DNA from: Eledone cirrhosa
Lineage: Eukaryota
DNA length: 64,000 bases
NCBI GenBank assembly: GCA_964016885.1
Contig: OZ024747.1
Location: 25,234,001 to 25,298,000 of the forward strand
Direction of reading: 5' to 3'
The notes below the pieces were generated by a model. The model was not told the origin of the DNA and made no database searches. It saw only the letters and a program-made list of their open reading frames with translations. Positions within the stretch are counted from its first letter, which is position 1. Each line of letters begins with the position of its first letter. The position numbers and the translations under genes are program-made. This document shows, in pieces, positions 26,501-37,322 of this stretch.

Positions 26501-29500
26501 GTGACGCTCTCATTAACTTTTCCAGGTTTCACCTGAAAAGGAAAATCAGGGTGGAGAGGGAAGTGCTGCCTTCCAGACAGTTAATTGAAAAAGTTGGTTG
26601 AGCGAGGCAAGAACGGTCCGTGTGAATGGGTTTGCTCTGAATGTGCGCTTGTAGTATTGTAGGAGGAAAACTGGGAGAGGGCACTTCCCCTAGCGGTCTG
26701 GGTGACCGTAGCTTTTGTAGGTTTTCCACACGAGTAACCCTCTGTAGTCTTCCCCCTATTGAGGATTTTTTTCCTGTGTTTCGATTTTTTTTACATCCTT
26801 TGTTTTTGTTTTATTGTTTTGTTTTTACATGCAGAAACGCCTATTTCTACTGTCCTGTGCTGTCCTTAATCATCTTATGCTTTGTGTCAACCCTTGTTGT
26901 TAATAAAGAAAACATTATTATTATTATTACTACTACTAGTATTATTACTATTATTTCTATTATTATCTTTATTAATATTTAAATATTTTTCAGGAGAATG
27001 TTTTGGAAACTATTTTTGCCCTTGATATTGACAATACACATGTAAGTTAACATATTTATCACTTGCTGTAAAAGCTGCCAGCCAAAATTTGAGGTGAATT
27101 TTGTTGTTTTTATTGTATAACCACAGGCCAGGTTTGGTCAAGTAGACAAACTGGTGATCATAATCAGTGTCTTCAGTGATATTGTCCTTTTGGCTATCAT
27201 CATCATCACCATCATTGTCCCTACTATTCTCATTATCAACATCATCATCATCATCATCATCATCAACATTTCTAGCTGTAGCCACATTGGTCATCTCAAG
27301 CTGTGACCACATTGGACAACTCTATTTCTAGTTGTAGCCACATTGGACAACTATTTCTAGCTGTGGCCACATCGCTCATATCTATTTCTAGCTGTAGCCA
27401 CAGTGGTCATCTCAAGCTGTGGCCACATTAGTCAACTCTATTTCTAGCTGTTGCAGAAATTTGGATCATATACCATAAAGTATCCCATCCAAACCTTTAA
27501 CAATTCTGCCAGTCCAGTGCCCTTGGACTGGTATTTTATTTAGAAATCCTGAAAGAATTATAGGCAAAGTTGACTTTGACAAGATTTAAACTCAGAGCAC
27601 AGAGAGATGGTCCAAATGATGAGGCATTTGATCAAGCACTTTATTTGCTGCTTCAAAAACAGTATAAAAATTGTATTTTGATGTTGTACTTTATATTAAT
27701 ACATTAATTTACTTAAAATTTCAGATTTGTGAAACAATCTTATTTCCTATACTTTCAGGCTTTCTGTACTATATGTAGCCAAAGTGGCCAGCTGTGTATA
27801 TGCAGTATACCAGAATGTAACAGGTAACATCCTTTGAAGAGTATTTAATTCTATAAAGAAGATATTTGTCTATGAAAATGTTATTTTCACTATTCTACTT
27901 CCCTTTGTGCCTACAACAATCTCTATAATAAGGATTGTGCTGAATTTTTCATGTCTGTTACACAGATGCTACAAAATCCATTCTCTGACTTAGTGCCAGT
28001 TTTATTTTAGAACCTATATTGTAATAATTCTTCTAAAATGTATTCTTGTCAATGGAGTCATTCCCCCTATAGTCCTGAAGTGAGACTATTGAGCACTCAA
28101 ACAGGTGAGAGGTAGTTGTCTGCATCTCAGATTCTGTCGAGTTCATATGGGGGTTTGTCATGTCTTTGACACAGCTGAAGGGCCCTCCCAACCCTTGTTT
28201 GGCAAGATTTCTATTGCCGAATGGCCAACCACTTTACAGCATGTACTGACTGCATTTATTGTGTAGATCACCAACTCTGTTCAGTTGTGTCCTTGACACA
28301 ACTGAAGGGACCTCCCAACCCTTTGTTTAGCCCTCCACAGTTGAATGTCCTTCCCATCAGTAACTGCTTCACAGGAGAGGGAGGGGGCAGCTGTTTTAAA
28401 TGGTGGGGGTTGAAGTAGTGATGTTGAAGATAACGGTTGGGGAGTGCTAGTGGAGGTGGGGGTGTGGTGGGGTGGGCAATCACCCTGGAACTAATGTTTT
28501 TTACAAGTCAATGTATTTATGTATATACATCAGTGCTAAATGTGCCATATTGTTATTAATCAATGTTTTACTATCTATCTGTAATATTATTGTAACTTTC
28601 TGTTCTATTGTAGAGTCTACTGTATTAACTGTGTTCACAGTTGGGTCGGCCGCGAAGCATGGAATCAGGTAATTTAATACTTTCTGGATACCTTTATAAG
28701 ATTATAGTTTATTGGTCTCGTAACCTCATCTTTGCAGATGAAATATCATGTGTTTTAAGGTTGTTTTTCCTGGTAAAACAGGTTCCATAACACACTTTCC
28801 AAACCTCATAAATGGACTGAAACTCCTTTGTTTTGAGTAAGTTCATCATTGTGAGTTTTGATGAAAGAGGTGGAGAGTTCTTTGGGCTATACACTACCTA
28901 TGTGTTGTTATACTCATCGTGGGGTCCTTCATGAAGCAGTTTTATAGCCAGAAACCCTTCCTGGCACTATCATTTGTATCAGCTCTTATGACATGGAGAT
29001 GAGGTGAACCTATTCTACAATGGACCTGTGTATTATAAGAGGCAACTAATTGGGTTTGCATTAGGAAGGGCATCCATCTATAAAACAATCCCTCTAAAAA
29101 GAATCCCTAATAAGTATGAAACCTATCATGATGCCTGAAAGGCTAATTCCTGCTTTAGCAGGGAAAATGGGGTTAAAACATTTGGTGGTGTTATATTTAC
29201 ATTTACACTACAGTTTCATGTTTTTTTTACTGTTTAGTGAAGAAGGAACAGTAGTGCCTATGACACTTTTCAAGGCCTCCAAGACTGGTGAGTGAGAAGA
29301 AGGAAGGTATCCTCAAGCTGGAGACCTGGCCCAAATGCTTGCAACAGTAGATTCTGTTAAAAGGCAAACGAGGGCCAGTTGGTGCTGTTAATCTGGGTAC
29401 CAATCTTTATCAGCTGTTTTTGATATCTTAAAATATCTCACACTTGGTTAGAGTTTTGTAATTTTAAAATTCATCTTCAAATAGTTTTTGACTTTTAACA

Positions 29501-32500
29501 CCTTGTAATGATTTAGCAGAAAATATCTAAAACCTAGGTTTGTCAATTCAAATGGACAGATCATTTTGAAAATTTGTAGTAAACCAAAGTAAAGACTTTA
29601 TTTTTAATGTGACACAATCATCAGGCTGTTTTATACTTTGCAATAATGTGGTATAGGACGTTAAGAGTTAACTGATGCTGTATTAGAGTAAAGACATAAT
29701 TTTTAATGTGATGCAGACATGGAACTGTTTTATACTTTTGAAGATTACTTTGCTAATTTGGTTTTATGCAATATAGGATGATAAGACCTAAAATTAATTT
29801 TTTTTTTGTAATCTTAGCAAATGCATCAATTCTTTTTATCCTTTCTAAAATGTTAAAGACTAACAGAATATTATTATTTTTATCAACAGATTCTCTCACA
29901 GAACCCCTGGTCTTGTTTCCTTTGTCGAACCCCAAGTAAAAAACGTTCCTGTGGATATCTTCAAGCAAAACGCAACTGGTCCCTTAACATTATGCACATG
30001 TTCAACAGTCATCAGAAATTATCAGTTTGTTATTCTTTATTTCATTCCAGTTCTTTTAGTTAACCCTTTTAATAATAATAATGAAATTATTGTGTAAAGT
30101 GCTCAGGTGCACTACAACTCATCAAAGGTGTATGTATAGGACATAGAATAGTACACAAATGTCAGGGAAGTGAATAGTGTATGAGTCATGGTATACATGT
30201 GTGTATGTGTATGGAGGGGGAACATTAGCTGTAGTATTGGCGGATCTCGGGAAGCATGGAGGCCTTAAAGGATGCAGTGTCTCGACAGCTAACAACTGAT
30301 GCAGGTAATTTGTTCCATGTTTCAGCAACTCTGAGTGTGAAAAAATGTTTCCGAAAGTCATGGGAACTGTGCTGTTTTCTTACTTTGTGGGCATGTCCAC
30401 GTGTGTTAGACACATGGAAATCAAAAAGGTACTCAGGGTTGTTGTTGGCAAGATGGTTAACAATTTTTTGGGTGTTTACCAAGTCAGTTGCCAGGCGTCA
30501 GAGCTTCAATGTATCCATGCCCAGGGAAGCAAGGCGCTCAGAGTATGGTAGATGCCTGATGGAGGGTATCCGCTTGGTTGCACGTCTCTGAACAGTTTCC
30601 AGGCGGTCAATGTTCTGAGCAAGATAGGGGTTCCAGACTGGTGATGCAAATTCTAAGTGTGGCCGCACCATAGCCATGTACAGCCTTAAATAGATATCTG
30701 GAGAGCGGCTAACTGGCTAAGGTCTTGCTGAGTGATGCTAAGACACCCTCGGCTCTCTTGACAATTTTAGAGACGTGCTTCGTCCAACGCAAATCGCTGC
30801 TGACCGTAATGCCCAGGTCACGTTCACAAGAAGACTTCTTGATATTAGTACTGTGGAGGGAGTATGTGGTTTTTACTCCCAAAATGCATGGTGGTGCACT
30901 TGTCCACAGCTAGCTTGAGTTGCCAGTCTGAGATCCATTGTTGCATTGTGTCCAGGTCAGACTGCAAGCAAGATCTATAGTGTTCAGGATCTGTCCTTTT
31001 TATCTCAAGGTACAGCTTGATGTCATCTGCATACTTTAGTACCGTGGCATTCTTTAAGTTGGCATCTATGTCATTAATATATGCCACAAACAATGTTAAG
31101 ATATTTCTAATTAAAGACATTGATCATGATTTTCACATAATCTTTAAAATAATTAAAAAGAGTGATTTAATAATATTACGAACCTTCACATTATATAGTT
31201 TGTGTTGGGAACAAAGATTTTTACAAAATTATGATGAGAGATTTGTAGATTTATAAACATTTTATAAAAGACTGTCATGAATCATAGAACCAGGGGTAGT
31301 TTCAGGCAGTTTTGAAGTAAAAGGGTTAAATTAGCCTTCTCCCATAATAACAGTCTTGGCTGGGTTGGTATCAATAGAATTCATATATATTTTTTATAGT
31401 TTAAAAGTTAAACTTTTAGGTTCCATTTCATTTCATTGATAATTTGAAAACTTTATTTCTTGTGGGTTCTTTTACTTTCAGGAGCCAAATCTGTCTTACC
31501 TCACTAATGCTTCTGAACAACCTCCAATCCAAGTGTTGTCCTTGTTTGATGGTATTGGAACAGGTAATAGATACATATATATTATGCACATACATATGCA
31601 TAGACACACACACACGCACACACACACACACACACACACGCTGGTGCCATGGCATAAAGCACCCAGTCCACCCTGTAAAAGTGGTAGTCCCAGTGTCATG
31701 ATAAAATGCTCTCCATCACTGAAAACCCCATGAAACACCATATGAAGTGTAACCTCGTAGGAGACCAGCTAAATCTACATATATGTGACCTGTAATAACA
31801 GCAACACAATAGGAGTGCAGTCCCTATCACTGAAACATCCAAGAACCCTTCCCCATGAAATGTAACCTCATTGCATTTCATTGCTGAACCTAATAGGTGT
31901 GAGTTCTAACAATAACAACACTCTACCTGGATAATAACTAGAAAAAAATATCTTTAGATTGTCTCTTGTCGAATGTTAAACTGTTTTTGTTGTTACTGTT
32001 GACCTAATTGCTTTTGTTTTTCAGGTAAAGTTGCTCTTGAACAGCTTGGATTAACCATCAAAGAGTATTTCTCTAGTGAAATTGATGCTGATGCTCTGAT
32101 TGTGAAACGGTTTACCTACGGTCAGAGTATCACAGAAATTGGAGACATCACTGAACTTACAGAAGCCAAGGTATCTCACAGACATTACTTGCTCAACTTT
32201 CTAAATACTGTTATGGAATATATAAGACTTGGTCAATTTGACCTGTCTAATCGCATGCCAATATAGAAAATGGACATAAAAGTTGTTGGTTTTTTGTTTA
32301 AGCCATGTAGTTTTTTTTAAATTTATTTTTGTTTGGGTTTTGCAGTGTTTCTGTCCCAAATTTTCTTCCTGATGACACTAATGTTAATAAATCTGTTAGT
32401 GAAAATGTTTATATTTATCTAAAAACCTGTCATCATAAAGACCTCTTGTAAAGTTATGTTCAGACACCAGCTTAATAATGAGAAAGTTAGTCATATTACT

Positions 32501-35500
32501 AAATCCCTCTAAATACTTGATTATTTTTTAAATGATTTGAAGATCACCATTGGCAGTTTGATATTTGAAAGCTTTACACTAAAGAAAACTTTCATAAATA
32601 CTTCATTTGTTCAAGCAACAATATAAATTTCTCTTTCTACTTCTCTGATTTCAGCTGTTAGAAATGTGTCCCTTGGATCTGGTCATAGGTGGTTCTCCTT
32701 GTAATGATTTGTCCCTGGTTAATCCTGCACGCAAAGGATTCTCTGAAGGTATATTTTATGTATCCTACATAAGAAGTAGGAGGGTGCGTAACTTAATGAT
32801 TAATGATTAGGGTGTTTGGCTCGCAACCACAAGTTCATGAGTTTGATTCCTGGTTATGTGTTGTGTCCTTAAGCAAGACACTTTATTTTGCATCACTTCA
32901 GTCCATTCAGCTGGCAAAAATGAGTTGTACCTTGTCATACACTGTTATGCTGAATCTTCCTGAGAACTATGTTAATAGTGCAGCTTTGTGTCAACCGTGT
33001 CATACTGATTCTCCTAAGAATTAGGCTAAAAGTATACATATCTGTGGAATGCTTAGCCACTTACACGTTAATTTCACAAACAGGTTGTTCCATTGATATA
33101 ATCAACTGGGACACTCATTAGAACTGATGGAGGTCCAATGCATAAGAAATAAGAGGCCAGTGTGCTGCTGTTTAGTCCCAGACCATCACCATCATCATCA
33201 TCACTGGGACACTGCACCAATTGCCTCCATCTCTGGCGGTCAAAGGCGAGTGATTGGGTTGTGGCAAAGTTCTTCCCTATCTACCCTGTCTTTTCTTTCC
33301 CCCCACACTGTTCCTTGGAGATTGTCTTAGAGAGTCCAACACTGATCAATCACACCTATGATCAAAGACATTTCATAATGATCACTGGCCCATATAAGTG
33401 TTTGTGTAAACATTACATAAACGTGAATGTATGAGTCTGTATTGAGCGTGTGTATTTATGCAAGATTGCACTCAAAGGACTGTATTTTTCTGTGTTCATG
33501 TGTGTATATATGAAAGTGTGTGACATAATGATTAGAGTTGGATTCACAATTATAAGGTTGTGAATTTGATCCACAAACCGATCAGTGTGTTGTGTTCTTG
33601 AGCAAGAAACATATTTCATGTTGCTCCAGTCCACTCAGCTGGTTAAAATGAGTTATGATACTGGTGTCAAGCTGCATTAGTTTTTTTCCTTTCTCTTGCA
33701 CAACACTGGTGTCCCGGAGAAAGGAAACTAGCATGCATGGGCAACTGCTTGGGAGAAGAACTTTCCTTGTACAAACACATGGTCAGTCATGACGATGTAT
33801 AGGGTCTCTCTCTATAGATGATGATACATACAGATACACACTGATCATGATGATGATACACACAAAAACTGATATAACTAATTATTTCCAATAAAATATT
33901 CTCTTTTCAGAAGGTACAGGTATATTGTTTTTTGAGTTTTGTCGGATTCTGTCCATTGTCCAGAGGTTGTGCAAAGATCGACATGTTTTTTGGCTTTATG
34001 AAAATGTCGCTGCTATGAAAACCAGCTACAAAAACATAATTTCCAGATTCCTAGGTGTAAGTAGTTCATAATTCTATTATTTATTTTTAAAATGATTTTA
34101 CTGGTTTCGTTATAACGGAATTTCACTGTATTCAAAAATATTTGAAAACCATATATAGTGTATTTCTTTGAAAATATGGTAACAAAATATTTCCATTCTA
34201 TTAATTTTCTTGAATGTTATTATAAGCTAAGAAATATGGATGATTAGATAGCATTTATAGTTGTGTAGTTTGGTCCAACTGTTGCTAGCAGGGAAAGTGG
34301 ATGTTAAACAATGATGATGATAGTTTGGTTAAAAATTGTGTTCACTTAACTTCTTCCTGTATTTCCAGTGTAAACCTGCCCTCTGGGATGCAAGGTTTTT
34401 CTCAGCACAACATAGACCTCGATATTTCTGGGGTAATTTACCAACTATATACAGGTATGGTTAACATTCCTTTGACATTTCAATAACTGTGTAATACGTA
34501 TGTGTCCCTGTCCATATGTATGTATGTGATCCCACTTCAGGGGTATGTATGTATGTAAGTGTGTGATCCCACTTCAGGGTGAAAAAAATTGTTTGCTTAA
34601 ACTTTTAAGCTGTTAACAGTAATAATAATAATATTTGTATGTGTACACACGCACACCGTATCCTTGCATGTCATAAATGACTAAAAATGTTAGTGACAGG
34701 AAGTTAATCCAGCAATAAAACATTGCCTCCAAAAGTCATGTTCAACTCGTACTAGTATAGAAAAGTTGATGCAAAAAATTATGATAAGGATGTTTTCAAA
34801 AAATCAAAGGGATATATAGTCTTGATGATAAGGATGATAATGAGATTATACTTGTAAGGTGGTTGGCAGTTGTTGTAAGGTCATCTTACTGGCTTTACAA
34901 CAGTTGTTGTAGGATCACTTTACTGACCTTATAGCAGTTGTAAGATAGCCTTACTGACTTTGTAGCAATTGTTATGAGGTCACTTTAAAACAGTTGGTCA
35001 CCTTACTGGCTGTACAGCAGTTGTTGTGAGGTCATCTTTCTGGCATTTGTTGTAAGGTCAGTAAAATTACAAGAATTATTGCACAACTGGACTGAATTCC
35101 TGGCAGTCTTTATATCATTATCATCATCAACACTGCCGTTTTATGTCCACACTAATACAGGTTGGGCAGGTTCTGTTCTGAGACTGTGGCAAGTCAGATG
35201 ACCACAACTTGAGTATATGTTCTATCTTGGCATTATTTCTACTGTTAGATGCCCTTCCCAACACCAGCTACTATATTTAAGGATTGCCAGTGTTGATTGG
35301 TCTCTCAAAAACCTTTACAACCCTTTCACAACCATATTTCTAATTAATTTGAAGGGATTTTCTAAGATGGTGTTTGCAAAATGTTCTTATATCAAATTAT
35401 GTTGGACAATTTTAATTGGGTGGGTTTGTTTCATAGAATCAGAAGCAGTTTTGTGCAGGTTGGGTTAATTAGTTATTTGTATCTCATCTAATATTATTTC

Positions 35501-37322
35501 ATTCATGAAATCAACCAGTTTTTTTCCCCCCAGCTCACAACCAACAACTGAAGATGACTCTCTATATTTAGATAAAGTTCTCTCACCAAACTGTAACAGA
35601 AAGGCTAAAGTAAGTTGTGTTTTCTATAACTACGTAACAGGAATGAATGTGTTAAGGTATATATGTAGTGATTACAAGTGCAATCCCCACAGTGCACCTT
35701 CTACTATATTCTTAGGTTTTTCTGTGAGTGGAATTTGGTAAACAGAAATTCTTTGTATGTGTGTGTATGTATTTGCTGCAACACTGCTGGTTAAAACAAA
35801 TGTGTCAAAAAAGTAACTGAGCATCTTGGGAAATATAGATTAAAATAACACTTGGGTGAGGTGGAGTTGATTGATTAACCCTATAACATTTTCATGACTC
35901 TATATTTACTACTATATTTTCATGGTAAAGTCTTTACCTCACATAATTATCTCATATAATATCGAATCTATGAGATTTTGATATTATTTATTTTGAGAAC
36001 CATACCTTAACATTAGTATGAGTGACCAGTTACAGCCAGTTTGAACAGAAAGAGGTGAAAAAATTCTGACCAGATACAGCCAGTTTAAATGCTAAAGGGT
36101 TAAAGCTCTTCACAGCAGTTCTCCAGCATGGCTACAATCCATTGTTTGATATAAGTAAAAGAAGAATAGACTATATATTATTCCAGTGATATGAAATATC
36201 AATGTATTTTGCCATCAGGTGAAACAATTACGGACAGTGACTACACGAAGTAATTCACTACGACAAGGAAAACATGAAAATATTTTACCAGTTGAAATGG
36301 ATGGCGAGGAAGATGCTATTTGGATCACAGAATTGGAAAAGTAACTCTACTCTGCTTTTACATATTTTAAGTGCTCAACTCTTAACATCCTGTACAGCAT
36401 GAAATTAGATTAATAAAACATTCTTGAAAAGTATAAAGTAGCACTATAACTGCATGCCATTAAAATGTAGTTTCTATTGTAAATGTTTCCAATGATATGT
36501 CCAGTAGTAAAGATACTATAAACGTTTGAATTAACAAACCCATTTTTAGATATTTTCTGCTAAATCACTACAGGATGTTAAAAGTTGATACAATGTGTAA
36601 TTTATATGCCTGACAAATCAGAAAGCCGTTTAGCTGTAGGCTTACCCTTCAAGCTTTTCATATATCTGCCATCTTTCAAGCTTTACATATAGTTAAAACT
36701 CATCCCTTTTTTTTTCATAGTTTCTTGACCTTTTTTGTCCCTTGCCCAACTTTGTTGTAGCTTTTCTTTTTTCCTTCTTCAAGCAAGAAAAACAACAACA
36801 GTTGACTCTTTTGAGGTTATGACCCTCTTTTCAAGGAAATGTAATGCGATGGTGACGATTGCAGGCTGAAAACTATAGCTGTTAATGTACTTTACTCTAA
36901 TTTTCACTTCCGTATTGCTACCTTCCATTGTACTGGCTTTCCTACGCTCCAATATTTCACAATGTTTATGCGATATAAACTATACTACTTTCTGTCTAAT
37001 ATTGATAGAGAAGGTCAGCATGTATAATTTCTATTTCTTCTCTATAAATTTGAAGCTCCATATTTAGATGCTTTATCCCCCCCTATCTCTTTAAAATGAT
37101 AAACATTCACATTTCCTCTTCTTACAAATTCTATTTTGTTTCAGAATATTTGGTTTTCCAACACATTACACTGATGTACGGAATCTAAACCACAGCCGTC
37201 GCCAACGGCTCCTCGGAAGAGCCTGGAGTGTTCCAGTAATTAAGTTCCTGTTATCTCCATTGACCAAATTATTTCATACTTCCAGTTCATCAATGCATCA
37301 TACTTCCAGTTCATCAATGTAA
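12063..37322 (+). CDS. DNMT3: De novo DNA (cytosine-5) methyltransferase 3, complete spliced CDS (19 coding exons, 2088 nt, 695 aa)
   Basis: Exons joined at GT-AG with consistent phases: 12063-12299, 13636-13782, 15885-15983, 16849-16972, 24071-24187, 25094-25138, 25524-25609, 26994-27041, 27759-27823, 28614-28668, 29890-30024, 31482-31563, 32025-32170, 32655-32748, 33911-34056, 34369-34454, 35534-35609, 36219-36340, 37145-37322. Domains: PWWP ([16 protein letters not shown]), ADD ([27 protein letters not shown]), MTase motifs I ([10 protein letters not shown]), IV (GGSPCNDLS), VI (ENV), VIII ([11 protein letters not shown]), TRD (TVTTRSNS), IX/X ([20 protein letters not shown]). No internal stops. 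Confidence 0.95.
13636..13782 (+). CDS. DNMT3: DNMT3 exon 2, PWWP core
   Basis: ctcag|[22 protein letters not shown]...[12 protein letters not shown]|gtaatt. Confidence 0.93.
13860..15130. repeat. 48-bp compound minisatellite in DNMT3 intron 2
   Basis: Unit tatccaatcacctctgtctgtctagccatctgtgtctgtctgtctgtc, more than 20 copies with variable (TCTG)n. Confidence 0.95.
15885..15983 (+). CDS. DNMT3: DNMT3 exon 3, PWWP C-terminal part
   Basis: ttccag|[13 protein letters not shown]...AIKEALE|gtaggt. Confidence 0.9.
16321..16546. mobile_element. piggyBac-like TTAA MITE
   Basis: TTAA|cactttagcattta ... taaatgctaaaggg|TTAA; other copies near 54497-54718 and 35877-36099. Confidence 0.75.
16849..16972 (+). 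CDS. DNMT3: DNMT3 exon 4, PWWP helical end
   Basis: tttcag|[10 protein letters not shown]...LFSWAKQRF...LPLK|gttagt, phase 1. Confidence 0.88.
17478..17810 (+). mobile_element. SINE family B (tRNA head, conserved central domain, RTE-like tail)
   Basis: A-box tggcttagtgg, B-box gagttcaattc, tail gcggacgtaaaa(tga)n. Near-identical copies at 20726-21070(+), 22435-22768(+), 23207-23534(-), 57262-57533(-). Confidence 0.88.
18270..18960 (-). mobile_element. RTE/RTEX LINE 3' fragment
   Basis: [20 protein letters not shown] (PHD-like insert), [11 protein letters not shown], (CAT)n tail. Confidence 0.8.
19010..19902 (-). mobile_element. Non-autonomous Helitron with internal repeats
   Basis: Minus-strand 5' end A|TCTATATATATAAAA; 3' end GC-rich gcaatgccgggtacc then CTTG|T; cctaatgcggg.cctagg recurs internally. 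Confidence 0.75.
19950..20648 (+). mobile_element. RTE LINE 3' end (ORF C-terminus, repeat-containing 3' UTR, (GAT)n tail)
   Basis: [20 protein letters not shown]...DRDLWR; tail cccatgcaagcgtggaa...(gat)n also seen at 21950, 22164, 43705, 45625. Confidence 0.75.
21205..21346. repeat. Zero-spacer palindrome with 71-bp arms
   Basis: Centre tctga|tcaga at 21275/21276; one mismatch. Confidence 0.93.
24071..24187 (+). CDS. DNMT3: DNMT3 exon 5, linker
   Basis: tttcag|[38 protein letters not shown]|gtaaga; phases 1/1 fit the neighbouring exons. Confidence 0.75.
24798..24930. repeat. 44-bp tandem repeat, 3 copies
   Basis: aaagcattagtctg at 24798, 24842, 24886. Confidence 0.9.
25094..25138 (+). CDS. 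DNMT3: DNMT3 exon 6, pre-ADD helix
   Basis: caacag|[14 protein letters not shown]|gtaagt; phases 1/1. Confidence 0.8.
25524..25609 (+). CDS. DNMT3: DNMT3 exon 7, ADD GATA-like finger
   Basis: ttatag|[29 protein letters not shown]|gtaatc. Confidence 0.93.
26520..26935 (+). mobile_element. Tx1/L1-like LINE 3' end
   Basis: [16 protein letters not shown]-terminal remnant, T-rich 3' UTR, AATAAA and (TTA)n tail. Confidence 0.45.
26994..27041 (+). CDS. DNMT3: DNMT3 exon 8, ADD acidic H3K4-binding loop
   Basis: tttcag|[16 protein letters not shown]|gtaagt; D-x-D aligns to human D529/D531. Confidence 0.88.
27759..27823 (+). CDS. DNMT3: DNMT3 exon 9, ADD PHD-like finger
   Basis: tttcag|[21 protein letters not shown]|gtaaca. 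Confidence 0.92.
28614..28668 (+). CDS. DNMT3: DNMT3 exon 10, ADD
   Basis: ttgtag|[18 protein letters not shown]|gtaatt. Confidence 0.92.
29890..30024 (+). CDS. DNMT3: DNMT3 exon 11, ADD end
   Basis: caacag|[12 protein letters not shown]...[17 protein letters not shown]|gtttgt (weaker donor). Confidence 0.88.
30072..31085 (-). mobile_element. CR1-clade LINE, 5'-truncated (RT domain to 3' end)
   Basis: YINDI...[28 protein letters not shown]...[17 protein letters not shown], (TTA)n tail; inserted inside a TTAA MITE (about 30060-31329). Confidence 0.88.
31482..31563 (+). CDS. DNMT3: DNMT3 exon 12, MTase motif I
   Basis: tttcag|EPNLSY...[13 protein letters not shown]|gtaata. Confidence 0.94.
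32025..32170 (+). CDS. DNMT3: DNMT3 exon 13, MTase motifs II-III
   Basis: tttcag|KVALEQLGL...YFSSEID...[11 protein letters not shown]|gtatct. Confidence 0.94.
32655..32748 (+). CDS. DNMT3: DNMT3 exon 14, catalytic PC motif IV
   Basis: tttcag|[31 protein letters not shown]|gtatat; catalytic Cys codon 32700-32702. Confidence 0.95.
33911..34056 (+). CDS. DNMT3: DNMT3 exon 15, motif VI (ENV) and FF interface
   Basis: tttcag|[14 protein letters not shown]...[10 protein letters not shown]...ISRFLG|gtaagt; alternative acceptor at 33914. Confidence 0.94.
34369..34454 (+). CDS. DNMT3: DNMT3 exon 16, motif VIII
   Basis: ttccag|[28 protein letters not shown]|gtatgg. Confidence 0.95.
35534..35609 (+). 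CDS. DNMT3: DNMT3 exon 17
   Basis: ccccag|[25 protein letters not shown]|gtaagt. Confidence 0.9.
36219..36340 (+). CDS. DNMT3: DNMT3 exon 18, target-recognition loop
   Basis: catcag|[18 protein letters not shown]...DAIWITELE|gtaact. Confidence 0.95.
37145..37322 (+). CDS. DNMT3: DNMT3 exon 19, motifs IX-X and stop
   Basis: tttcag|[39 protein letters not shown]...SSM* (TAA 37320-37322). Confidence 0.95.
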
